Assembly (NCBI RefSeq): GCF_964204645.1
Contig: NC_134035.1
Span: forward strand, 2,232,001 to 2,296,000
Direction of reading: 5' to 3'
DNA length: 64,000 nt
Source: Tubulanus polymorphus
Taxonomy: Eukaryota; Animalia; Nemertea
The position numbers were made by a program, and so were the translations under genes. The notes below the pieces were generated by a model, which was not told the origin of the DNA, did no database searches, and saw only the letters and a list, made by a program, of their open reading frames with translations. Below, piece after piece: positions 12,092 through 23,524 of this stretch; the stretch's first letter is position 1; each line of letters begins with the position of its first letter.

Positions 12092-15000
12092 ATGATTCAA
12101 TTAGGTAAGTAAGATATGTGCAGAAATAGTACAGCGTTAGTGAATAGCCACACTACGCTTAAATGTGGAGAATAGATTATATGATAAAAACCCATTATAG
12201 TAAAAAATAAAAGCAAAATTGATTATTGAAAAATTGAAATTCTAAAATTGAGGGCATTTCGTCAGGTATGACTACAGAGTTCAGGAATGTCTCCCCAACC
12301 TGATGGTGTAAATCGGCAGCTTACGCCGTACAGGGTTCTCACTGATCAAGAAGAATCATGGATTCAGGATTAATTTTGCCTTGGGGAAAATCTGATCTGG
12401 CAACCCTGACTATCGGGATATTTGAATTTTTGGGGTCGTGTCTTGTTCTCGCTGATTAAGAGTGTCGTATTCAACCTATTTATCTATTTTATAGAGGTTC
12501 TCGTCACTGAGGAGAATCTGAAGAAATGTCTGCAGCGTCACTTCGACGTGTTGGACGCCGTCGTCTCGGAGGTCGATGAACGAACGTGGCAACGATGGGT
12601 GGATTGTCGACACGGCGGTAAGCATTACATTAATTGAAATGTTTATTTCACTTTATAAACATCCCAGACTGAGTGCGTATTAGATAGATAGAAATAGACG
12701 AATAGTACTTCATTAAACATCCCAGACTGAAAGCGTATTAGATAGATAGAAATAGACGAATAGTACTTCATTAAACATCCCAGGCTGAAAGCGTATTAGA
12801 TAGATAGAAATAGACGAATAGTACTTCATTAAACATCCCAGACTGAAAGCGTATTAGATAGATAGAAATAGACGAATAGTACTTCATTAAACTTCCCAGG
12901 CTGAAAGCGTATTAGATAGATAGAAATAGACGAATAGTACTTCATTAAACATCCCAGACTGAAAGCGTATTAGATAGATAGAAATAGACGAATAGTACTT
13001 TATTAACTGTTTTATTTTGAAGTACGAGCTTTCGCTACTAGTGTATAGTATAGCTTCATCAGGTGAATGACTCATTCACCTCATGTAGCTATTATACACT
13101 TGTACCGAAAGCTCATAGTTCCAATAAACAAGTTATCTATTTGTCTGCTGTTACTTATTCTACACTAGGTTAACAAGAATCTTCATACCTAGATAGAAAG
13201 AACAACTAAAAACAAATAACTCTACGAATTATTCAAATTTTCATATTCCATATTTCTCAGGTACAAGCCGTACGACACCAGCTCTGATGAATTCCGGCAG
13301 CTACGACGATATAACCGAACAAGGCTATTCATTAAAACGAGGTAAACTGACGTGTTTTACTCGAATATATGGGAAACAATTTTAGATTAATCCCGCGCTA
13401 GAAACGAAAAATAGGGCCCAAAATCTTCCTTTGAGCTAGTAGTTTAGCGGTAAACAATTTTTCGATGGGCTACTGATCAAGTCGTCTTTATGAAAACAAA
13501 CTGACAGAGTGACAAACTGATATGAACGTTGGAATTTTTGATGAACTACTAGAACTTTTAAAAATATCAGGAAAACATTTTAGAGTTAATTTTTCATTCC
13601 CAGTGCAGAATCACAGATTGTGTTTCACCAATCGATTTTACAGTTGTATGGTTTCGAAACCCACTGTAACTGTTTTTGTGTAGCAGATGAGGAGTCGGGG
13701 CGGGTTTGGGCGGCTTGATGGCTAGTAGGTTAAACTCGTTGTTTTACTCTTACAGGAATTGACTTGTCCGAGTCGGTGCAGTCGACATTCTCTCCGAAGA
13801 TGGGTTTGAAATCGTTTCATCATTCGAAACGAACGACGACGACCTCGTCATCGTCGTCGTCCAGACGCAAGTCGACCGCGGCGACGAGCGCCGGACATAA
13901 CGACAGGATTCCGTCTGCTATGTCGACGCATGACGAATCTTTAACGGACGCCAGCGAAATTACGCTCGATCACGAAGAAATTGATAATGTTTCAACCAAC
14001 AAGAAATCGTCAGGTACATTACATAAACCAAACTATCCCGTAAACTTAACCATACACTGTAAATATTTCATGTAGTTGAAAAGAAGGGAAATACAATGTT
14101 TTTCACAAATACAGAGTTGCCAAATATTCCTGTCCTGTGATATTTCGTTATGATCTTGTCCTGAAAAATACTGGTTTAATTCTTTCGTCCGTCAGAAGTG
14201 TGAAGGATGTTACTTCCAATTGGGGGTCTTACCCTTCCCCCTCTCATTTACTGATTATTTTGTTAAGAAATATGAAAGGTTTTGATTACTGATTAATTTG
14301 AACAGAAATATAAAAGATGTTACTGAGGGTCTTGCCCCCTTGATTAGTAATTGATTTGAAAAGGAATATGAAAGGTTTTACAGAGGGTTTTACCCCCCTT
14401 GATAACTGATTAATTTGTACAGAAATATGAAAGATGTTACTGAGGGTCTTACTTTTGATTACTGATTAATTTGAACATTTGCTTTTATTATCGACATGAA
14501 ATTTCAGTTTAACTCCTTTCTTCAACTTACAGAAAAAACACCGACGAAAACTTCCCGACCGAAACGAGCGTTGACTCCATCTTCGTCGTCATCGAAGTTG
14601 CCGTCTCATCCTGCGAAACGTACTAAACTCCAACTAACGGAGCGCCATCGATCTCCCGGTACTCCGTCGAGCGTCGACGAAACGACGCGGTCGACGTCTA
14701 CTTCGAAGCACGACCGCCGTACGCGCGGTAAAATATTCGTGAATCCGTTCAAAAGCGATTTCACGCCAATAACCGGCCGTCGACGGACGTCGCCGCGCCG
14801 GTCGGCTTCGACGAAGAAATCGCGCGTTCATCGATCGACGATTAAAACGACTTTGAAAAAACCGACACCGGAGAGAACGACTTCGCCGAGAAAACAGACG
14901 GACACCGCCGACGACGACGAGCAGGTGGAAAACGCGACACGTAAATCGGGCGTATTGAAGAAGTATTACCAGTGCGGTTACTGCGAGCGCAGTTTCGTAC

Positions 15001-17003
15001 GCGTCGATCATCTGACGAGTCACGTTCAGAAACACATGGGCGAATCGAGTTACACTTGCGCCGATTGCGGTCGACCGTTCTACAGTTTGAGCACGTTACG
15101 CGCGCACGCTGTACGAGCTCACGAGACGTCCGCGCCCGACGCCGAGTCCGAGGGCGTTCGATCTCCGTCGTCGTCGTCGCGGAACGAGGTCAACGAAGCG
15201 AATGCGGCGAAAAGCGTTTCGCCGTCGAAGTTTAAAACGAATGGCAAGAAGAAAATATCGATGGCCGGATTGAAGAAATCGTTGAGCTCGACGTTGGAGC
15301 AGAAGCGTCGATTGATCATACCGTTGAAACGCGTAACATTACCGGCCGGCGACTTCACGGCGATCATCAAGCGACGAGAATTGAACGACGTGACTGCCGG
15401 GGGCAGCAAGGAGGCAAAGACGTCGAAGTCGCTGAAAGCGGTAGAAAACGATGATGCGGCAAAGAAGGACAAGACGCCATCAAAGTCACCTAAGGCGACA
15501 GTCGGCGATGATGGGAGAAATAAGCAAAAGACACCAATCGATGAGAAAAAGAAGGATGAGATGTTGAAGGCTCAGAAAGCAGCGGTGGACGATAATGAGA
15601 AAATGAAGAAGGCCGCAAAGGCACAGAAAGCAACGAAGGATGATGATGAGAAAAAGAAGGAAAAGATGTTGAAGTCACCGAAGGTAGCAGTAAACGATGA
15701 TGAGAAAAAGAAGGAAAAGATGTCAAAGTCATCGAAGGCAGCTGTGAACGATGATGAGAGAAAGAAGGAAAAGATGTCAAAGTCATCGAAGGCAACAGTG
15801 GATGATGATGAAAAAAAGAAGGAAAAGACATCAAAGTCACCGAAGGTAGCAGTAAACGATAATGAGAGAAAGAAGGAAAAGAGATTGAAGTCACCAAAGG
15901 CGGTAGAGGTCGATGATGAGAAAAAGAAGGAAAAGACATCAAAGTCAACAAAGGCAGCTGCGGACGATGATGAGAAGAAGGAAAAGACATCAAAGTCACC
16001 GAAGGCAGCTGCGGGCGATGATGAGAGAAAGAAGGAAAAGATGTCAAAGTCACCGAAGGCAGCTGTGGACGATGATGAGAAGAAGGAAAAGACATCAAAG
16101 TCACCGAAGGCAGCTGTGGACGATGATGAGAAAAAGAAGGAAAACACAAAGTCACCGATGGTGGTAGAGGATGATGATGACGAAATGATATTCGAAGAAC
16201 CGGCATCATCGGCCGTGGCGACTTCAACAATGAGTAGCATCAACGTCATCAAACGTCTGGCTGCGCGATCGGCTCGAAAACTCTCCGCGGCCGCCTTGAA
16301 AAAGAAGAAGAAGCATGATGACGCTGCGGTCGGCGGCGGCGACGACGATAAATCACCGATACGCTGCGACGATTGCGGCAAGATCTTCACGCATCGTTAC
16401 AAACTGCATTATCACATGGTCGTTCACACGGGCGAACGACCGCACGAGTGTCGCATCTGTCACAAGACGTTCGCGCGTAAGTCGTACGTGACGGCGCACG
16501 AACGCGTTCACTGGAAGGTGAAACGCCACACGTGTGCCAGCTGCGGCAAGCAGTTCGTCATGAAATCGACGTTGGTGAAACACGCGAAGTTTTGCCGCGC
16601 CAAACAACCTGGTTCGTCGTCCGGCGCTCCGTCGTCTGGCGGCGCCGTCGGTGAAACGACGATCATCGCGGCGACCGGAGAGGATTTATCGTTTGTCGTC
16701 GTGCCGGAGAATTTACCCTCCGCCGACGATAGCGACAAATCCGCTCACCAGGTGGCGGCGGCTTCCGCGACGGCTACTACTGCGATGTCCGGGATGGAAC
16801 AATTAGAAACGTTAGTCGAGCAAGTTAATCGCGGGGAAGGTCTAGAAGAGACGACGCAAACGACATCGACAGCGGTGAGTCACGAGTATAAATGCCAAGC
16901 GTGCGACCACGGTTACGACTCGTACAGCGCGTTGATTATGCATTTACGGCTACGCCACACGACGACCTTGATCAATCCGAAAAGCCATCAAACCGATCTG
17001 TAA
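12092..17003 (+). CDS. C2H2 zinc-finger protein, about 981 aa. Exons 12092-12104, 12495-12617, 13261-13341, 13756-14013, 14533-17003.
   Basis: All junctions are GT-AG phase 1 and join in frame (2946 nt). Six fingers arranged 2+3+1 (e.g. CGYC..H..H; CDDC..HMVVH-TGERP linker; one C2HC variant) flank a lysine/aspartate-rich repeat. Confidence 0.9.
12656..13007. repeat. 58-bp tandem repeat, about 6 copies (intronic)
   Basis: Unit TTAAACATCCCAGACTGAAAGCGTATTAGATAGATAGAAATAGACGAATAGTACTTCA. Confidence 0.95.
14200..14478. repeat. About 56-60-bp minisatellite, same family as 47770-48113
   Basis: Unit ACAGAAATATGAAAGATGTTACTGAGGGTCTTAC...TTGATTACTGATTAATTTGA. Confidence 0.85.
15410..16180 (+). repeat. 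Coding tandem repeat, 51-54 nt (17-18 aa, DDEKKKEKTSKSPKAAVD), about 12 clear plus 2-3 degenerate copies
   Basis: Visible in both DNA and the ORF 14496-17003 translation. Confidence 0.95.
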
Positions 17004-18143
17004 ACTGAAATAGACTTCGATTCTCGAATCTCTTCCCGAATCGAGTGCAGCGACCGAGCTTCGAAGCTGATCTCGCGAGGATGTAATTTCTTGTTTTAAA
17101 AAAAATTAACGTTAATATTTCGCTCTCGGTTTCTTGTTTTTTTTGGTCAAATCCACCGCATTTAGTAACATTGTGATGATCGCATTTTTAGAAATCATAA
17201 CTACAGTATTGTATGAATGATAGAGGGTGGATAAATGGGGGATATAGGGTGGATGAACAGGGGATAGAGGGTGGGTGAACAGGTGATATAGGATGGATAT
17301 ACAGGGGATATAGGGTGGATGAACAGGGGATAGAAGGTGGATATAGGGGGGATAGGCTGTGGATCTTATATATTTTGCTAGAAAACAGACCAAATGTACA
17401 TAGTAAAAAGGCAGCTTACTACTTAGGCCTATATAGATGTGTATATTGATTGTAAAATCTATTGTAAATATTGAATAGGCAAAAAGAATTGCTTTTATGC
17501 GCAACCTATATTGTATATTTGTAAGCATATCAATCAATCAATCAATGGTATGTTCTGTGGCTACTAACTGAATTCTACAATTAATAATGTATAGAACCTG
17601 TTATATGTAAATATGATTAAATAATATTTTGACGCTGTAAATACTATGCATGAATTCATACTAAATAAGTCAATGTTTGTATATATAAGCTTACAACTGT
17701 TCGTGAGCGCATTTTTTTGTGACATTAAATGTGAATATTAAAATGCTTGATTTTACGTGTTGTGTTTCACGTTATTGTGTTGGGACGGTTTGGAGAAAAA
17801 GTCCGGATCAGAATCTGATGGTGGTGGTGTGATGCATGTGGAGAGGAGTTGGAGGTCTTGAATAGAGGAAAAATTCATTTAGGAGGGGATGTCTGGATCT
17901 TTGGCATACTTACTTTGGCATACTTCGTCGCATCTCCTTGACAAACCTGATGGCATTGAGACTGCCATTAGTGTCAAAAAGTGCTCTTAGTTGTTAAAGA
18001 AAAGGACCAGAAGGGATTTGAACCGTGTGGGATTATTGATTCATACAGATAATTAATTTTATTAATCTCTAACGATATAAAAAATCATTACGGGCCTCCA
18101 TAAGTCGAATTATATGCTGTATGAAAAAAATGAAATATAAACG

Positions 18144-18223
18144 GGATTCGAACCAAAGTGAATGTTTTGACAGTTCACCCACGCCATATTTGTTGTGGAG
18201 CAACCAGGAAGTAAAAATGGCAA
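18144..18223 (+). promoter_or_regulatory. CDC50 promoter module: reverse B-box, X-box-like GTTGTGGAGCAAC, ETS core CAGGAAGT
   Basis: GGATTCGAACC 18144-18154 and GCAACCAGGAAGT 18200-18212, just before ATG 18217. Confidence 0.5.
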
Positions 18224-21200
18224 CTCCACAAAACGGCGAAGAAAAAACGAAATCTCGTTGTCCAGAGGGTACGTATTGTGTTCTGATTTGCGTAGGAAGC
18301 AATTCAGACATTGTATCTAAGAGTTCAAAGTTGTTTTGATGGTCAGTTTTAATGTGAAATTACGGAAAATATCGAAATAATTCATCAGCTGATTGAACTA
18401 ATTACCGAAATTAAACAACGAATATCGTCTCTGACAGTGACAGCTGATCTCTTTGTGAAGAAACGGGCCCTATGTTTAATTAATTTCATTAAGTATGGAA
18501 CGTTAGCTGTAATGAACAGGTTCCCAGAAATTAAAATGGCTAAAAAATGCATAAACGAGAAATATTTCAATGAAATTCTTTAATTTCAGACACTGATTTT
18601 AAACAGCAACGATTACCAGCTTGGCAGCCGATATTAACAGCCGGTACGGTGTTACCGGCATTCTTCGCTATCGGTATCGCATTTATACCGCTAGGTGTCG
18701 CTTTATTCATCACTTCAAGCAATGTAAGTATCTCTCTACAGTAGACTCGGTGCTTTACTCAGTTATGTGTTGGGACTGTTTAGTTTTTTACTGGATTAAG
18801 AAATCATTTCCAAATGGATTTTAGGAAAATTTGTTGTTCTTTACGGTTAACCCTTTCAGTGCATCTATAAGGCAGTGCAGTGTATAAATCAGTGATTGAT
18901 TTTGCTAGTATACCGCACTGCGGTGTATTGGTGTAATTAGTAATTATCTCTTGAAAAACGGCAGCACCTGTCAAACATAGTGAAATACTAGTAACTAACG
19001 ATATACCGCGCCGTGGTGTAGACGCACTATAGTGGTATTCCCATTGTTCAACACACTAGGGTTGTATTTTAAAAAAAATTCAATTATCTCCAGCACTATT
19101 GGGTATTAATTAGTCGGCACTGAAAGGGTTAATGAGTTGACCGATACCGAGTCTATTTCTATCTACTGTGGGTTTTGCTCGTTAACTCTGAGAAATACTG
19201 AGTATCAGTCTCTCTACCGGTCACGAAATGAGTGAATCTATTTTCTGTTTTTCAGATTCAGGAGTTCTCGCTCGATTATACCGATTGCGTGAACGACAAT
19301 TCACCGGAAACGCCGAAAACGACGTGCGCGGCGTTCGTAGCCAATCCGAACAATACGAACAAATACGCATCGTGTAACTGTACGGAACAGTTCGAATTGA
19401 CGACCGATTTTCAGGTTAATATCCGCCTCTCCCTACTGCTCACCCCGAAAAATTGCCTTCCCCCTAGACAACTTACTATCTCCCCCTCCCTATTTTCATT
19501 GCCTCATCAAGATTGTAGTTCGTTTGTCAAATCAAAGGCGAAGTTTTAGAATTAGCAATTACCTGCAATAGTTAGCGATCTGTTCCTTTTTAGCGGATCA
19601 GGGTCCAGTTTTAGCTTAAAGCTTAAAACCGTTTGAAAGTTTGAATTGTTGGCGTCTTTGAAAACGTGAAATAACCAACAGCGAGTAAACCAAATACCTT
19701 AGAAACTGGACTCAGAGTAATCCAAATGTCTAAAATACACTAATTAGCTAAAGCAAGTGCCCTAGCCAAATTTATCGGAATTAGTTGTGACTATTTAGGG
19801 ACTGTTACTTTAAGCAGAAGATATTAAATGATGAAAATCTAAGAAAAAAATGGGGACAATTCCCTATCAGGGGAAGGTGCGCAATCATTTGTATATTCCA
19901 TGTGGTATGTGCATTTCAGGGGACGGTGTACATGTATTACAGTTTGAGTAATTTCTATCAGAATCATCGTCGTTACGTGAAGTCACGCGACGACCAACAA
20001 CTGATCGGCAATGAGATCGCCGCGGATAAATTAAACCGCGACTGCGACCCGTATCGGCTGAACGGTAACCAGGCGATCGCTCCGTGCGGCGCTATCGCTA
20101 ACAGCAAATTCAACGGTAAGTTCTCTACCGCCAGGGCTCGCATTGATGTCCCAAAATGGATGTCTGCTTAAGAAGATTTGTGAAAGATCATGAAAATGAC
20201 CGAATATTTTCAAGAAAAGTGAAATGTTATAAGGCCATGCCCCATTGGAAGAACGCGACAAATGTCCATTTTCATGATTGAGAATTTTTTTTCTAAAAAG
20301 TCTCGATCTTCTCAGTGATCTTCATACGCTGGGATTTTAGAGGGGTTGCTTTCATTCGTTAGTGCAATGAAATGTAGCGCGTTGTAAGCAATGATTGCTG
20401 TCCCTGTAACAATTTTCTACTGTTCCTCCTAATTCTTCAATTTTCCTTAATGTGTCCCTGGAAATTGTCTTTTTCTGTCCCAGATGCGGTAATTGATAAA
20501 GGTTGGCTCGTCTGTCATTTCGGATAGTATCTTTGCATTTACTGATTAAAAATTTGTTCCGTTGTTGTAATTTTTCAGATACGTTAAAGCTTCATTTAGA
20601 CAATAACGGCACGCTGGTACCGGTGAAACTACTGCGAACGGGAATCGCTTGGAGAACCGATAAAGAAGTGAAGTTTCGCAATCCGTCCGGTAATCTTACT
20701 GCCTGTACGTATCATCACTATATGTGTCATTCTTAGTCGACCTCTACAATTTGATTCCATTACCCATGGAGGGTAATTCCATTTTGTGAGGATTAGATTT
20801 AACCCTTTCAGTGCATCTACACCGCAGTGCGGTGTATAAATCAGTGATAGATTTTGCTAGTACACTGCACTGCGGACTATTGATGTAATCATTAATTAGT
20901 AATTATTTCTCTTGAAAAGGCAGCACCTGTCAAACATAGTGAAATACTAGTAACTAACGATTCACCGCACCGCGGTGTAGACGCACTAAAGTGGTATTCC
21001 GGTTATTCAACACACTAGGGTGGAATATTTTAAAATATTCAAATTATCTCCAGCACTGTAGGGTATTAATTAGTCGGCACTGATAGGGTTAACACCATTT
21101 GACAACTTGAGAAGATTCAAGACCACTTAAGACTTTTGGTCACACGTGTACAACTTTGTTCGATTGGCTAGAAGCTTAAATGGTCTTAGTTCTAAGCTTG

Positions 21201-23524
21201 GCTTTGCAACTGACCTAATGCGACATTAGAACGAATTTAGAGCGATGCCATTAAGATTTCTGTCACAATTTCCTCAAAATTTACCATAAACTGGAAATCA
21301 TATTCTAGAGGTCGACTAAGAATGAAATGATCACTTTATACTAGTCCAATGTGAATGAGGCGATCAAATTTCAATACGGTATTTCGTTTCAGGGTTCGCC
21401 GGCAAATCGAAGCCGCCGAACTGGAAAGTTGCGGTGAACGAGCTCGACCCGGATTTACCGGATAACAACGGTTACCAGAACGAAGACCTGATCGTGTGGA
21501 TGCGTACGGCCGCGTTGCCGACGTTCCGTAAACTGTATCGTCGTATCGACCACAACGTCGCGCAATTCAAAGACGGTTTACCGAAGGGCAAATATAAACT
21601 CACTATCGATTACGGTATCCTTTTACGTATACACAGTCCTGATATACCGCCCACATCGGTGCAGAATGATTTTGATGGTATAGACAGTATGGCGGTATAT
21701 ATCAGGGGTGTTTTACTATGTATTTGTATAGAGATGTACATTGAGAAAACATGACGGTAAGCGGGGGAGGGTGGTATATGGGAGGGTGATATATCAGGGG
21801 TGTTTTACTATGTATTTGTATAGAGATGTACATTGAGAAACCCGGCGGGGACGGCGGTATATAGGAGGGTGGTATATCGGGGGTTCACTGTAGTATGAAA
21901 AATTATTCAGATTTTGTTGTGTGGCTTTGCGGTGATTTATCAACTTAGTTCTAAGATCACGTTGAGCTCGATTTGACTGTAAATCGAGTTCCTTAGGTGC
22001 AGGTAACTGGTAGTGTAGTGTGACAGATTAGAGTATCATGTTTTTAGATATAAGTCTGGATGTGTGAACTGTATGTTTTGGGTGAGTGAATATGTGTGAC
22101 TGATGGTAACTGCATGAGTGCATCGGTCTATAGGAACTGAGAGTCAGTATATGTGTAACTGTAACGGACAGGGTGGTGTGTATGTCTGATAGGAAAAAGG
22201 GGTGTGTAAAAGAAGTAAGTAACATATTTATCAGATAATTGTTTTTCAATTGAATGAATCGCTAAAATCCAAAAAGAAATAGATTGAGCTGTTGCGCTCT
22301 CTTCCCGTCTGAGTCGGAGAATCCCGATCCGATGCTCCAACACTCCATCGTCATATTTGATAGGTTATATCACAGGTGGCAGACGTAGGAAAACTAGAAG
22401 GTCAGGGTCCATAAAAAATTTTCTTCTGGAGAAATTCCTTTTCAAAAGGAATTTCATGCTTCTATTGGGGTTCTCCCCTCGGTTTTCAGATATCTTCGAA
22501 GATATACAGCGGAAAAGTTGCAATTTCCGAGAGAATGAGCGTCAAATTTACGAGTTTTAACTTTTAACTTGGACCTTAACTTCGTAAACAGCATTCCCGA
22601 CGACGTTGTACGACGGACGTAAATACATGATACTGACGACTACCTCGTGGCTCGGCGGTAAGAATCCATTCCTTGGAATAGCGTATCTCGTAGTCGGCTG
22701 CCTCTGTATCCTGCTCGGCGTTATATTTCTGGTGGTGCATATAAAAGTCGGCAAAAAGTAAGTTCCTCGTTTTATTTTCTCGATATATCTACATAGTCTC
22801 TGCGATTTACATAAGATTCATAAAAGAGATTAGAAATACAATCTTCTGTGAAATACTCGACATTAAGACTACGAGTAATTGTCAATTTGTTAAAAACATT
22901 AAGATGAACAGGTTCGTTAAAAAAGAAATTTTTCATTTACACCAGAATTTGATTGAGGATTTAGAGACTCCTGTTCGCATCTTTACGGTTGAGTAGAAAC
23001 AATAAAAAAGTTAATTACCTTCTCTTCTAATGGCCAGTCACCACAACTGTGGGTCCATTCGCTAAGTTAAGACGGACTCAGATTTAAGACCTGCCAGTTT
23101 AAAGCCTACTTATGGTACATTTTGTCGCCAATTTAATGACACTTTTGGAACTGAGGTTATGATTGTAATTGGACATATATTGCTTAACGTTTGCGGCAAT
23201 GAATTAGGCCTATATGACCTATATGAATTGGCCTATAGGATATTATGGATGATAATCAGTGGAGTTGTATTAAAATTGAATACCGGTATACGGAAAAATG
23301 AATTGATTGAACTCAAGCCTCAATATAGATGGCGCAGTGCACATCTACTCACGCGATATTTTAAGTCTCTATTTAAGAGATAAGGAGAAAATTCACTAAA
23401 TAGAAAATGAAATATAACGATATATTTAATTACAAAATGACTGTCAAAATTCACAATTGTAATTTCACGCTCTTTTTTCAGGCCCCAAGAGATGATCAGC
23501 GTTAACAACCAGACAGCGTACTAG
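18217..23524 (+). CDS. TMEM30A: Cell cycle control protein 50A (P4-ATPase flippase beta subunit), 365 aa. Exons 18217-18268, 18590-18723, 19256-19414, 19920-20115, 20579-20704, 21393-21614, 22592-22757, 23482-23524.
   Basis: Hallmark motifs [72 protein letters not shown]. Two TM helices. Exons join in frame (1098 nt). Confidence 0.97.
18851..19128 (+). mobile_element. piggyBac-like MITE, copy 1
   Basis: TTAA|CCCTTTCAGTGC...GCACTGAAAGGG|TTAA. Confidence 0.9.
20803..21088 (+). mobile_element. piggyBac-like MITE, copy 2
   Basis: Same TIRs, TTAA TSD and internal sequence as copy 1. Confidence 0.9.
21615..22591 (+). other. U12-type (minor spliceosome) GT-AG intron of TMEM30A
   Basis: Donor GTATCCTTTT. 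Branch CCTTAAC at 22574-22580, 11 nt before the exon. No polypyrimidine tract. Splicing restores the frame DY|[11 protein letters not shown]. Confidence 0.9.

Noticed and set aside
15119-16738. Long antisense and alternate-frame ORFs (246 aa, 272 aa and others)
   Set aside because: Shadows of the zinc-finger exon and its purine-rich repeat. Low-complexity F/S/P products.
21997-22002. TTAG|GTGCAG|GTAACT as a 6-nt microexon in TMEM30A intron 6
   Set aside because: It would need U2 sites to pair with the U12 donor and branch, which are incompatible. No other support.
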